This document shows, one piece after another, positions 1 through 10,146 of a stretch of DNA of 64,000 bases. Numbering within the stretch: the stretch's first letter is position 1; each line of letters starts with the position of its first letter. Location of the stretch: positions 1,216,001-1,280,000 of the forward strand of contig OZ244650.1 in the NCBI GenBank assembly GCA_965218785.1, in the 5' to 3' direction. Position numbers and translations under genes: made by a program. Under the pieces are notes generated by a model. That model did no database searches, was not told where the DNA came from, and saw only the letters and a program-made list of their open reading frames with translations. The stretch comes from Nitrosopumilus sp. (GTDB lineage: Archaea; Thermoproteota; Nitrososphaeria; Nitrososphaerales; Nitrosopumilaceae).

Positions 1-958
1 CATCAATCCCGATATAATCTCTTTTGAGTTTTTTGGCCACAACACCTGTCGTTCCACTACCCATATAGGGATCCAATACTATCGCCTTATCTGGAGTGAG
101 GAGACTCACGATATTATGTAGTATTCGCTCAGGATATATTGCAGGATGATCATTCCATTTTATACTTTCCACATTACTGATTATTACATCTCGTTTTATT
201 GATTTACCAGTCAACCGAATTATCGTGAATCCATTATTTTTTATCTGCGTGTTTCGTCCACCGTCCTGACCGCCAAATGCTGGAGCATGTATTCCACGTA
301 TTTTCATTCTAAACCCAGAAATTTTACTACATTTTACATCTTTTATCGTTTTATTTAATTCCTGCAACGCATGTTTTTTTTCAGATTTGGATAGCTTAGA
401 ATGGCGTATAAGTTCTTTATACTGGGTTCCGATCGTGGTATTTTTTATTGGTTTTGTAATCTTGATCTCTGTTTTTTGATCAAAGGCATCAATATTATAA
501 AAATAATCATCAGATTTCACAAAATGAAAGAATGGTTCAGTACTACTTACAAGACGTCTCCGGAATTGTCTGGGGGTAGGATTAGTCTTAACCCATGTAA
601 TATTATTCACTAGTTTTACTTTACCTGTACTAGTAGCTTGAATTGCAAAACGATATGGCACAAGCATCAAATTTCCTTTCAAATATTTATCACCCATATT
701 AAATACAATACTACCAGTATTCTTCGTAATTCTCACACATTCATCAAATACATCCATAACTGCATCTATGTAATTTTTAATTGAATTTTCTTGCCCCGTC
801 TCCCCCCAACCATATGTTCTTTGTTTAAAATATGGAGGAGATGTAACTGTAAGATCAACGGTGTTGTCTGGAATCTTTTTTAATATACGTACACTATCTC
901 CACATTGTATTGAATTTAAAAATCGAATTTGATTTTTCTTTTTAGTTATGAGGGATAT
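1..958 (-). CDS. DNA methyltransferase, N4-cytosine/N6-adenine beta-class; runs off the left edge; not in the ORF track
   Basis: Manual translation gives IQCGDSVRILKKIPDNTVDLTVTSPPYF (motif IV, SPPY), then HPAIYP and IVLDPYMGSGTTGVVAKKLKRDYIGID (motif I), all in one open frame. There is no ATG/GTG/TTG before motif IV; an in-frame ATA lies at 956-958. Confidence 0.9.
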   Translation of the reverse strand, partial: MSLITKKKNQIRFLNSIQCGDSVRILKKIPDNTVDLTVTSPPYFKQRTYGWGETGQENSIKNYIDAVMDVFDECVRITKNTGSIVFNMGDKYLKGNLMLVPYRFAIQATSTGKVKLVNNITWVKTNPTPRQFRRRLVSSTEPFFHFVKSDDYFYNIDAFDQKTEIKITKPIKNTTIGTQYKELIRHSKLSKSEKKHALQELNKTIKDVKCSKISGFRMKIRGIHAPAFGGQDGGRNTQIKNNGFTIIRLTGKSIKRDVIISNVESIKWNDHPAIYPERILHNIVSLLTPDKAIVLDPYMGSGTTGVVAKKLKRDYIGID

Positions 959-960
959 GT

Positions 961-1104
961 TTATCGCTTCCTCTCTTTATTCCAATACGGAGATTTACAC
1001 GAACGCCCGGCACAGCATTTTGGACTAGGCGTTGTCGAATACCAAATATGATCACATCTGTTGCATTCATGTCGAAAATAATCCCCATCAACTTTCTGAC
1101 TCAT
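961..1104 (-). CDS. 47-aa Zn-ribbon/Zn-finger microprotein
   Basis: MSQKVDGDYFRHECNRCDHIWYSTTPSPKCCAGRSCKSPYWNKERKR*: CxxC-x3-W ... C-x4-C-x-SPYWN pattern typical of small archaeal Zn-finger proteins. It ends 2 nt before the methylase ATA. Confidence 0.75.
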   Translation of the reverse strand: MSQKVDGDYFRHECNRCDHIWYSTTPSPKCCAGRSCKSPYWNKERKR

Positions 1105-1126
1105 ACAAATCTAAAACTCAAATCAC

Positions 1127-1182
1127 ATATATGGCTTTCTGTGATATATGGCACTAAGTATATATGGTATAGAGCCATATAT
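1127..1182. promoter_or_regulatory. Array of ATATATGG(C) boxes between the divergent Zn-finger and transposase genes
   Basis: Direct copies at 1127, 1144 and 1160 (16-17 bp spacing) and an inverted copy GCCATATAT at 1174-1182. Confidence 0.55.
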
Positions 1183-1303
1183 ACAACATGCAGAGATATG
1201 ATGATGAAGAACAAAAAATGAGGGATGGGGAAATCCTCATGAGTGATTTAATAGGCTCTGAATATCTTTGCATTTCCCACTTTATAATTTTTGAGGTGTT
1301 TTC

Positions 1304-2698
1304 ATGAATCGAAGAGTAAAAAAAGCAAAACAGATCATGCTGATAGATGGTTATTGCTCCCAGATCAACAGGGATAATTTCTTAGTCAAATCCCAGGCTG
1401 TACCACAGAAGGAATATCTGATTTCTAATATAGGGGAAAGATTTGTCTGTGAATGTGCAGACTTTATCACTACTGAAAAAGACTGCAAGCACATCAAGGT
1501 GGTACTAGAGGTAACAACAGAACCCAAACCAACACCCATGATGGCAAACAGACCAAGGCCGGTTCATACAACAAACGCAAGACAACAGAGAGCAAGGCAG
1601 ATTATGACAAAGAAAGGTCATGCCTCCCAAATTACACTAGATCAATTCAAAGTCAGGTCCCAGACTGATCCTTCAAAATTTTATATCATTAAAAGAACTG
1701 ATAACGGTCTTGTCTGTGAGTGTCCCGACCACCAGGAAAGAAAGGCGGACTGCAAGCATATCAAGGTAATATTGGAACATATCCAAAAGAATGTCTTTAG
1801 TCATGACGGATTTAGAATCATTGAAAGATCAATAATCAAGGTATGCAAATTCTGCGATTCTGGAAATATTGTAAAGGCAGGATTGAAGAAAAACAAGACT
1901 GGTAATTTGCAGAGGTTCAAATGTCAGGACTGCAAGAAGCGTTTTACTACGAACTTTGGATTTGAGAATATGCGACATGACAAGAGAACCATAACCCAAG
2001 CTATTCAGATGTATTATCAGGGAATGAGTGTAAGATCCATTTCAAACAACTTTGCGATGATGGGTACTGACATATCATTCAAGGCAATCTATAACTGGAT
2101 AACAAAGTATTCTGTCATGGTTTCAGAATATCTAAACGAGATTGTCCCCAGAACCAATGCCAGGACCATGGTTAGGGCAGACGAGGTATGGGTAAAAGTT
2201 GCAGGAGATCAAAAATACCTGTTTGCCTCTATGGATGATGATACCAGATATTGGATAGCATCAGACATGGCAGAAACAAAGTTCCAACATGATGCCGATT
2301 CTCTCCTGGAACTGACCAAAGTGCAGATTGGAAAATCACCATCTCATTTTGTCACTGATGGGCTTCCTGCATATATGAAATCCTCAAAGAAAATATTTGG
2401 CAAAAACACCCACCATACAAGACACATTCACATTTCAGGAAAAAGGGACAGAGATAACAATAATAAAATGGAGAGATTGAACGGTGGAATCCGAGACCGG
2501 GAAAAAGTCTTTAGAGGACTCAAGAAATTCGACACACCTCTCATTGACGGCATGAGAGTCTATTACAACTATACAAAAAATCATGGGGCTTTGAAAGGCA
2601 AGACACCTGCAGAACAGGCCATGATAAGCGTGGATGGTAAGAACAAGTGGATCACCTTGATTCAAAACAGCTCCCTTTATCGTGGAAATCTGAAATGA
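1304..2698 (+). mobile_element. IS6/IS240-like DDE transposase with two N-terminal SWIM Zn-fingers and an IS1-InsA-like Zn-ribbon
   Basis: CECAD..CKH and CECPD..CKH (SWIM x2); CKFC..QRFKCQDC (Zn ribbon); HTH GMSVRSIS..IYNWI; DDE motifs RADEVWV, VTDGLPAY, NNNKMERLN; C-terminal YNY..HGALKGKTPA. Terminal inverted repeats were not located. Confidence 0.85.
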
Positions 2699-2918
2699 GC
2701 ATACGGGACTGATACCTACCGTTCCATCTGTCAAATTCGCATATTTTGAAGATAGATGCATATTTGATCACCTAACACCGTATCTGACATTCTAACATTC
2801 CATACATGATGAAAACAACTGGATGGGATTGTTTATACAAAGTATTTGTTCTCATTTGCGATCAGAAAATGATGAATCTAATTTGTGCCTATATCCCCAC
2901 AACTACACAGAACCCCCG

Positions 2919-4415
2919 TCATAATTTTTCAATTTTAAGATTCTGATCGGATAATATTTTTTCTAGTAGTTTGATCTCCCGCATCTCCTGAGCATAAGGT
3001 GTGATGGATTCAACATGTCTCAGATCGGCATTATCTGGTATCCATTTAATACTCCTCCCATGCTCGTCTTTTCTCCTTAGCATCTTGAATAACTCCATAT
3101 ATTGTCTAGGAGAGACGCCTATGAATGGCTCAAACTGAACCTTGTCCCTCACCATCTCCTCATCCACTGTAATCGAGTCATCATACAATTCCTTTGCCAG
3201 GCTTTTTGGATATGGTTCAATGTAGACCAGTCTTGAAATTCCGCTTGCAATGATGTGCTTGGCACAGATATGGCATGGAAAAGTCGTACAGTACATCGTG
3301 CAACCCGTCACGGAGATCCCCATACGCAATGCACTCATCAGGGCGGACATCTCGGCATGCACCTCCCTGCCATATTCTATAAGATTGAGAAATGCCGATC
3401 TTTTGATTCGCTCTGATTTCAGGGCCTCGACTGCCATGTCTGCTTTTTTAACATCATCGGACAGCCATCCCTCTTTGTTCAGATTAGACAGGAATTCGTC
3501 AAGTGCCTCTGTCTTTTTACGCGTGTTGGAATCATATCCAATCTTCCACTCCCTTGCATCATTTGGATCCCCTGCCAGATAATGGCCGCCATTAGCCTTT
3601 GGAACCTCGTTTATTCCAGTAGATATCAAATCTCCTGATTTGGTAAGGATCGATGCACCTACCTGCCTTGATAACGAGGAAGATGCCATTGAGACAGTAA
3701 GGGCGTGCATCATTCCAGATTCCTCGATGGAGGGCGTATTGTGTGTGTTTTTAAACAAGAGTTCTACAAACTTGTCAACGGACTTGTCAAGATCCTTTCC
3801 CATGTTGAGAAAGACATCAGCCTCTGAGAACGTGTCTCTGACATTTTGTCCCAGTGGATTGTCATCATCATGTTTATCGCGCCTTATCAGATTCTCCACA
3901 TAATCATCAGTATTGTTTTTGCTACTGTCTGAGATCTTTTCTGTCAGATATTGGACCCGATTGTTGTACGTTGAATAGACTGAGACAAGCCAAAAGTTCC
4001 TGCCGTATACACTTCGTAGCTTTTTTACTTCGTCTACATGTTTTAGGGATTTGAATATGTAAGCCTGTCTGTCGTTGGTTTCATGGGATTTTTCTTGTGG
4101 GTTATTCCTGTTTTTGAATATATAGATCATGGCAAGACTGATCAAGGCGCCGCCCATTCCGGTTTTTTCTCGGAATCTGTCCCCTGCATCCATCAGTGCT
4201 TTGATCCTGGCATACTCATCCTGCCCGTCATGCTCATCTACAAGTCCTGTAACCAGTCCCAAAAGATTACTCAGTACGATGGTTTCTGTTTTGTATTTCA
4301 GAGTCTGCAGCTTGGCTTTAAATATTTCAGAGACTGCATCTAAATCAGTACCGACTGCCCCCGTCAATCCAATGAACAGCTCTGGCGGTTTTGTGTTATT
4401 ATGTGTACTAGTCAT
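2919..4415 (-). CDS. Anti-phage-type dCTP/dCMP deaminase (N-terminal P-loop kinase-like domain plus Zn deaminase; AvcD/Dcd-like)
   Basis: N-terminal ELFIGLTGAVGTD, then SLKHVDEV and GQNVRDTFSEADVF; C-terminal SRQVGA, GINEVP, HAEMSAL, TTFPCHICAKHII, YIEPYPKS and FEPFIGVSPR. Confidence 0.9.
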   Translation of the reverse strand: MTSTHNNTKPPELFIGLTGAVGTDLDAVSEIFKAKLQTLKYKTETIVLSNLLGLVTGLVDEHDGQDEYARIKALMDAGDRFREKTGMGGALISLAMIYIFKNRNNPQEKSHETNDRQAYIFKSLKHVDEVKKLRSVYGRNFWLVSVYSTYNNRVQYLTEKISDSSKNNTDDYVENLIRRDKHDDDNPLGQNVRDTFSEADVFLNMGKDLDKSVDKFVELLFKNTHNTPSIEESGMMHALTVSMASSSLSRQVGASILTKSGDLISTGINEVPKANGGHYLAGDPNDAREWKIGYDSNTRKKTEALDEFLSNLNKEGWLSDDVKKADMAVEALKSERIKRSAFLNLIEYGREVHAEMSALMSALRMGISVTGCTMYCTTFPCHICAKHIIASGISRLVYIEPYPKSLAKELYDDSITVDEEMVRDKVQFEPFIGVSPRQYMELFKMLRRKDEHGRSIKWIPDNADLRHVESITPYAQEMREIKLLEKILSDQNLKIEKL

Positions 4416-4605
4416 CTCGCATCATGATTTGTTATGTGGTATATAATATTAAAGATATCTTGATCGATGCATACAACAGACGTCACAGGTTATCATACAA
4501 TAACCAGCTACAACACATATCAAAGCATATCATGTTGGTGAAAGACCCATCTAAATGAAAAGACTTGCATACATACATTTTTTGAGTGGGCTGGGATGTA
4601 AAACA

Positions 4606-4956
4606 TCAGATAAAGAGCAAATTCACACCGCGGGAAAGACAAAAAGTCCGGGAATCAATAAACGCCAGAATCAGCAACGGGATTCCAACACGCAACATAT
4701 TGTAGATAATGCGCTTGCAGACATTTATCCTCTGCAAATCCCTCCAGTCTTGGAGTGTACAGGCAAAACATGAGAACTTTTTCTTGTGATCTTTGCAAAA
4801 AATATCGTATAGGTATTCAATCCGATCCAACGGGGGAATCATAGACTGCCTCGGGTATGCGACCACAAGTCCGTCTATGGCAAAGACAGCACCAGCATAA
4901 TTTTTTTCTTGTACAACCCGCCGCCGGATGTGACTCAGTACCATCATTTTCTTCAT
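4606..4956 (-). CDS. Hypothetical protein, 116 aa (may be a decayed gene or spurious)
   Basis: ORF track only; co-oriented between two defence-type genes; no recognisable motif. Confidence 0.35.
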   Translation of the reverse strand: MKKMMVLSHIRRRVVQEKNYAGAVFAIDGLVVAYPRQSMIPPLDRIEYLYDIFCKDHKKKFSCFACTLQDWRDLQRINVCKRIIYNMLRVGIPLLILAFIDSRTFCLSRGVNLLFI

Positions 4957-5079
4957 TTTAAAGTGCGTCTAAGGTGTATCATAACATATCAACTCGAACG
5001 TAACAACATTTTCGCCATCGAGTCCTTCTTAATCTTGCAAGTAATGTTGTGATATCTGAATGCCACTATTTCTTCTTAC

Positions 5080-7206
5080 TCAGTTTTTCATTGTTTTAAT
5101 CCGATGTGCGGGAATGAACTTGACTTTTGCCATATCATTATATTTTTCAAACTCGCGTACAAAATACCCTGATGGGCGTTTTCCTCCAAGCTCCGGATAA
5201 TGCAGCCCTATACAAAATCTCACAGCGTCCACCACATCAAAATTACGTCCTGAGAACAGTTCATCTTCATACTGCTTTAATATTTCAGTAGAATTTCTGA
5301 TTATCTCATCTATCTCCCCAACTGTCTGAAAACCAAATTCTGTTATTTCCTCCACTAGTTCCAGGATACTTTGATCTGACTGTTTTGCCCTAAGATGGAA
5401 CCGCCAGTCAAGACATGTCTTAAAACGATGCGTGTTTATTTTTGATTCTTTTCTTGGATATTCGTTATTTTTTAACAGTTTGACATCGGTTGTTCTTCCT
5501 TTAGGGTATTTCCCGATTACTTTGGATTTTTCTAGCGAGTCCACTCTATTTCGAATCATGGATTCGGTGACGTCCCCCCCAATCAACAAATTTACCATCT
5601 CTTTTATTGACATACTGCCCCCGCGTAGCAGTTTTTTGATCATCATATCAATGACATGCCTTCTTAATCTATCCAGAAATGGGGCTACAATGCCGGTCTG
5701 TTCTGCAAGATAGGATATCTGATCAAAAATGATTGTTGTGAAATCCTTTGTGCAGTTGATCTGCTCCTGTCTTTGTATCTCACCCCATACTAATCCCCAA
5801 TCAAAGGAACCATGTTGCAGTTCATGGGGCGTGTCAGGACTGCCAGTAACCAGTGCGGCCATGTCCTGTATGTCCCCCTCCCTGTTTGCTACTGCTTTGA
5901 GTAAAAACACATCCTCGTTTCTTAGCAGCCCCATCTTTAGTCGTCCATAATCTCTAATGTCCGCCCTCTCTTTCATGGCAGATGATAACGACAGATCCTG
6001 CATTATCATACATGTGAACAGATCGATTCTGCTCTTCTGATCATGTACAAAAATATCATCGGGTTTCATCCTTTTATCCTCGTCAGAATAATCCGTTTCA
6101 ATTATTCTTTTATATCCCATACCGGCAAGAATCCCGGCCAAATCATCAAAATCACTTTTATTTTCCACCACCACATCACAGTCTTTTGTGCTGTTCTTTA
6201 GTGATTTTATTCTCATATTTTCTCCGCCAAACAGGTATATCGTTTTGGACTCTTGGAGACTGTCACTGATTTCCTGAAATAATAAATTATTGGGTTTTGG
6301 TATTGCATATATTTCAGTTGGTATGTCATATAATTCCGCCTTGGATAGAAACTCGTCCCATGGCAAAAAAAAGTCCGTGTTTTTCAGCGGCATCCTACGC
6401 ATGTAAGCTTCAATATCCAGCCAGGTCTCGGATATTCCCAGTTCTGATGCCTTTTTTCGTAGTTGAAGGATATCCATCCGGTCTTTGTGTTTTGCATAAA
6501 AAATGATTGCCATCAGCAGCTCTATCTTATTTTTTGAATGATTTGCAGAAAAAACCGCATGTAATAACACGTCCTGTATATCCAAACCCTCTTTTTGTTC
6601 ACAAAAATAGTCATGTGTGGTATGATATTCAATGCCGTAATCTGAAAATAATGTAAATCCGGTTGTTGCACCTTTGGCAGCTTTGCCATCGGGTGTTTTC
6701 CGCAGTATTACCGAATTCTCATCATAAATGATTTCAGTATTTCCCTCCTCATATTTTTTCATTCTTTCGGTTTTTAATAATTTTGCAAACAGGATCAGTC
6801 CTTCCTTTGATTCATCCATGTTTATCACGTCCTCTTTTTTTATGATGGCCCCTATTGACTGTAAATCCGATATTGACTTGTAGGTCGTCGCCTTTGATAA
6901 TCCTGATTTTTTTATTAATTCGTCTACGGTGATATCCAAATCCATGCTGGAGAGGATTGTTTCATTTGATTCATAAAGTAATTTTTTGACATCCACACTC
7001 TGTGCAATATCCCGGAACAACACCGCTTTTGGCGTTTCTTTTAATCTGATTACCGCGCCTTTCTTCTCGATGTAATCCTCTTTTGTAAGATTTTTTATTA
7101 TTTTTGCTAGCCATCTGCCCTTTATTTGCAATAGTTTTGATAATTCATCTGGTTTTTTTTCTCCATCAACTAGCGATTCAAGTAGTTTTATTGAAATTAT
7201 ATTCAT
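5080..7206 (-). CDS. Fusion protein: two wHTH domains, AbiEi-like domain, DUF6036/AbiEii-like nucleotidyltransferase, and C-terminal wHTH/helical domain
   Basis: HTHs PDELSKLLQIKGRWLAKIIKNL and TVDELIKKSGLSKATTYKSISDL; middle region TGFTLFSDYGI..LPWDEFLSKAELY; Pol-beta-type NTase motif YLFGGENM..STKDCDVV, plus RIDLF and LLKAVANREGDIQD. Confidence 0.75.
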   Translation of the reverse strand: MNIISIKLLESLVDGEKKPDELSKLLQIKGRWLAKIIKNLTKEDYIEKKGAVIRLKETPKAVLFRDIAQSVDVKKLLYESNETILSSMDLDITVDELIKKSGLSKATTYKSISDLQSIGAIIKKEDVINMDESKEGLILFAKLLKTERMKKYEEGNTEIIYDENSVILRKTPDGKAAKGATTGFTLFSDYGIEYHTTHDYFCEQKEGLDIQDVLLHAVFSANHSKNKIELLMAIIFYAKHKDRMDILQLRKKASELGISETWLDIEAYMRRMPLKNTDFFLPWDEFLSKAELYDIPTEIYAIPKPNNLLFQEISDSLQESKTIYLFGGENMRIKSLKNSTKDCDVVVENKSDFDDLAGILAGMGYKRIIETDYSDEDKRMKPDDIFVHDQKSRIDLFTCMIMQDLSLSSAMKERADIRDYGRLKMGLLRNEDVFLLKAVANREGDIQDMAALVTGSPDTPHELQHGSFDWGLVWGEIQRQEQINCTKDFTTIIFDQISYLAEQTGIVAPFLDRLRRHVIDMMIKKLLRGGSMSIKEMVNLLIGGDVTESMIRNRVDSLEKSKVIGKYPKGRTTDVKLLKNNEYPRKESKINTHRFKTCLDWRFHLRAKQSDQSILELVEEITEFGFQTVGEIDEIIRNSTEILKQYEDELFSGRNFDVVDAVRFCIGLHYPELGGKRPSGYFVREFEKYNDMAKVKFIPAHRIKTMKN

Positions 7207-7207
7207 T

Positions 7208-7261
7208 TAGTATTATCATACTACTTTTATATATATACTTTAGTCTTAATTTAAGACTAAA
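7208..7261 (-). promoter_or_regulatory. TATA-type promoter flanked by palindromic operators, upstream of the 708-aa gene
   Basis: Perfect inverted repeat TTTAGTCTTAA-T-TTAAGACTAAA at 7239-7261; TATATATAAAAG on the minus strand at ~7224-7237; second inverted repeat TAGTAT-N4-ATACTA at 7208-7223. Confidence 0.7.
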
Positions 7262-7692
7262 TTGATTATACAAGAAGTATTAAGAGAAAATTCCACAAGC
7301 TCTTCAAATCAGTAGAGATGACAGAAGAGGATGTCTGTTAGTGGATGGTTTAGAAATCATGGAAGTTGAGGTCTGCAAGTTATAGGTGGCAAGTTAGATT
7401 GAATTCTATTGATGGGTGTTTAAATGAGTATGATATGTTTCCTGCCATCAATTAATCATCTGGTTAAATAGGCGTCTTGCCTCAAGCCCCATTCAAAAAA
7501 AAAGTCTGTAAACTGGATCATTGAAAAACAGATCAGGCGATATTACAATATGCAACAACCAAGCCATAAGAGTTCTCCTGGCAGGACTTTGACCCCCCAG
7601 ACTCTCAAAAACGCCATATATCAGAAAAACCCGCAACGATATCTTGGCGGCATCACAGATAGGGTTTAATTTCACAGGAGGGATTCAAAATC

Positions 7693-8538
7693 ATGGAAGA
7701 AGGTGCAGAGAGGACCAATAATGCAAACAACGGCAAGAGGATGATTATTCTGGGATTTGCAGTGATAATACTGCTGTTTCTGATTTATGACAGGTACCAG
7801 GATCCGGAACTGCTCACTCCCAGCGCGATAGATTCCATCCAAAGAATCGCGTACGGGTTTTACATAACACTGCTTGCGGCATTTGGATCAATTGCCTTTG
7901 GAATGTACAGGTATCACAGGGCAAAGGTACTGGGCAAAGGAACAGATCTATCAACTATAATCGCACTTGCGACGTGGAACCGGAGATCACGGAAGATCTT
8001 TATTGCGACGTTTGCAGGATACGGGATATTTTTTTCACTGATCTCAGGGACGCTGGTGTACCAGCCCGAGGTCAATTTTGCAGTCCATTACGGCGCGGAG
8101 ATTCCGTCTGGTTTTATCGCGCCCTGCTGTGACGAACCGGGATACATGCCGAAGATAATCGTGTATGTGACAGAGCACGTGGGGCTGCAGGTGATTCCAA
8201 TCAACCTGACATTGCAGATAATCGTCTCATACCTGGTCGGATTAAACGCGTCAGTTGCTGCCAGTGCGTATGCGGTCTCAAAGAAGGGCCGCGGATTAAG
8301 CACGGTCGGAGCTGCTGCAGGGCTGTTCATTGCCTGTCCGACCTGTGCGGGGACGTTCCTCTCAGTGTTTATCGGGACTGCAAGCGGGATTGCCCTGTCA
8401 ATTGCGCTCTCACAGATGCAGACGCTCTTCATTGCAGTGTCAATTCCCGTGTTGCTGCTTACGCCGTATCTGATGGCGCGGAGGCTGAGAAACGCAGACG
8501 GCAGCTGCAAGATAGGCCATGCCGCAGGTGTTGACTAG
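7693..8538 (+). CDS. Multi-pass membrane protein of thaumarchaeal type (CC and CPTC motifs)
   Basis: About 6 hydrophobic segments; APCCDEPG and FIACPTCAG motifs. Confidence 0.8.
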   Translation: MEEGAERTNNANNGKRMIILGFAVIILLFLIYDRYQDPELLTPSAIDSIQRIAYGFYITLLAAFGSIAFGMYRYHRAKVLGKGTDLSTIIALATWNRRSRKIFIATFAGYGIFFSLISGTLVYQPEVNFAVHYGAEIPSGFIAPCCDEPGYMPKIIVYVTEHVGLQVIPINLTLQIIVSYLVGLNASVAASAYAVSKKGRGLSTVGAAAGLFIACPTCAGTFLSVFIGTASGIALSIALSQMQTLFIAVSIPVLLLTPYLMARRLRNADGSCKIGHAAGVD

Positions 8539-8729
8539 GTTACACGGTTTGCAACGTAGAGCATTCTGTCTTAACTTCAGATATCTGTAAACTGATTGTG
8601 GGATCTTTATTTCAGATCAATGTGGGTTTCCTCTGGGTGAGAAAAAAGCCAAAAGTCCACTTTGAACCATATTTTGGAACATCCCCAATGACAACATGAT
8701 TTATAATCACATGTTTGGAATACCACATA

Positions 8730-8834
8730 TTGAAAGAATTAAAAAAAGGCTGGTTAAAAATTCAAGTCGAAAAAGCACAAAAATACTATGATGAACTTCC
8801 ACAGTGGAAGAAAGACATGGTTAAAAGAGACTAA
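8730..8834 (+). CDS. Possible 34-aa microprotein
   Basis: TTG-started LKELKKGWLKIQVEKAQKYYDELPQWKKDMVKRD*, followed by a T-rich tract resembling an archaeal terminator. Confidence 0.35.
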   Translation: MKELKKGWLKIQVEKAQKYYDELPQWKKDMVKRD

Positions 8835-9005
8835 TGTCTTTTTTTTATTTTTTGATAAAAATCCAGACATCTCGTGCTAGTAAAATTTGTAGTGATATTG
8901 TAAGCGTCCCGATCGCTTTCTGCCGTCATGTACGACAGGTATTGCCCCACTGCGGGTGCTGACACCCAGAGATTCAAACAAATACAGGACCAGGCAGATA
9001 CAAAC

Positions 9006-9239
9006 ATGGGCATACAGACACCCTCAGAATATATTGATTTTTTCCTGAATCTCAACATGGGTGAGGACGCAAGTCTGCTGAGCTTTCTTAACAATGAGAA
9101 ACTGACATTAAAGCAGAAGCTCAGATATAAAAACCAGGAAAAAGAGCCAATCAAAAAGGGAATTGAGATCCTAGAGGGGCTAGCAGAAGAGGTCGGCAGG
9201 ATTGGCAGAAAGGCAGTACTGGAAAAATACCGGAGATAA
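9006..9239 (+). CDS. Small hypothetical protein (the track start at 8928 is probably too early)
   Basis: MGIQTPSEYIDFFLNLNMG... is protein-like from ATG 9006; operon-like spacing to the next gene. Confidence 0.7.
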   Translation: MGIQTPSEYIDFFLNLNMGEDASLLSFLNNEKLTLKQKLRYKNQEKEPIKKGIEILEGLAEEVGRIGRKAVLEKYRR

Positions 9240-9251
9240 ACAGGAGAAAAG

Positions 9252-9824
9252 ATGGAGAAAGATACGGATATCATCAGGACTGAGATCCTCAGGGTTCTCA
9301 ACGAGAGTGGGAGGATTCGCGGAACCGAACTAGCCAAGAGGGTGATAAAAAAGATGGGCAGTGAAAAGATCGTATACAGGGAGATCAGCACGCTAGTCCA
9401 GGCAGGGGAGATAGAGAAGATGGTCCGTGACAGAACCCACATAGAATACGAGCTAGTCGACCTCTCAGAATCGGCAAGCATCCAGCTCAAAAACATCCAC
9501 GTGGAGATCAGCCGGGTTTTCGGGGAGATCAACGATTTTGGCGATGCATGCACAAAAGAGGAGGAAAAACTCTCATTTCATGAGAGGCAAAGGATTGTCA
9601 TCTGCCTCATTCACGCCGTACAGTCAACTAACGGGGTGATGAAGTTGTTATCATACTATCCGACATTCAAAAAAGACAGAATGTTCCCGCAGATCAACAG
9701 GATGACAGATGACTGCTGGCAGAATATCATCAGTATTATCATGCACCAGCAGGAGACGGAATTTCTAAACGAGGTTCTTGCAAACCTGTTAATGGTGCAG
9801 TCTGACTCTAAGAATGTAAACTAG
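9252..9824 (+). CDS. Hypothetical protein with N-terminal winged HTH
   Basis: EILRVLNESGRIRGTELAKRV..SEKIVYREISTLVQAGEIEK..HIEYEL. Confidence 0.75.
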   Translation: MEKDTDIIRTEILRVLNESGRIRGTELAKRVIKKMGSEKIVYREISTLVQAGEIEKMVRDRTHIEYELVDLSESASIQLKNIHVEISRVFGEINDFGDACTKEEEKLSFHERQRIVICLIHAVQSTNGVMKLLSYYPTFKKDRMFPQINRMTDDCWQNIISIIMHQQETEFLNEVLANLLMVQSDSKNVN

Positions 9825-10146
9825 ATCTTTTCCTGGCTCTCTTTTGTATTGCGATTACCGTTTTCCCATCATTGCCGGTTTATCAAAGTTGGTTTTTCTG
9901 TCGGATTTAATCCCGGATTTGACGTGTCTTTTTTTTTGTGTCTCCATGAGGGCGTGCCGCATTAATCTATTTTCCCTTTTTTTGTCTTCCAAGATGACAG
10001 TTGTATAGTCAGACCGCAGTCAGTATACACCACCTACACGTTCTTCTTGATTGTCTGGCCGCATCTGAAAATGATTAAAGCCAGGATGCGCAAACGTGCG
10101 TGCAGGGTAAATACATCTGAAATATTTGCTCCTTGGAAAAGATCCA

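Noticed and set aside
401-613. Plus-strand 70-aa ORF
   Set aside because: It is antisense to the methyltransferase.
7330-7675. 60-aa ORF or possible transposase tail (ESLGGQSPA)
   Set aside because: Only a short motif resemblance; no other transposase motifs.
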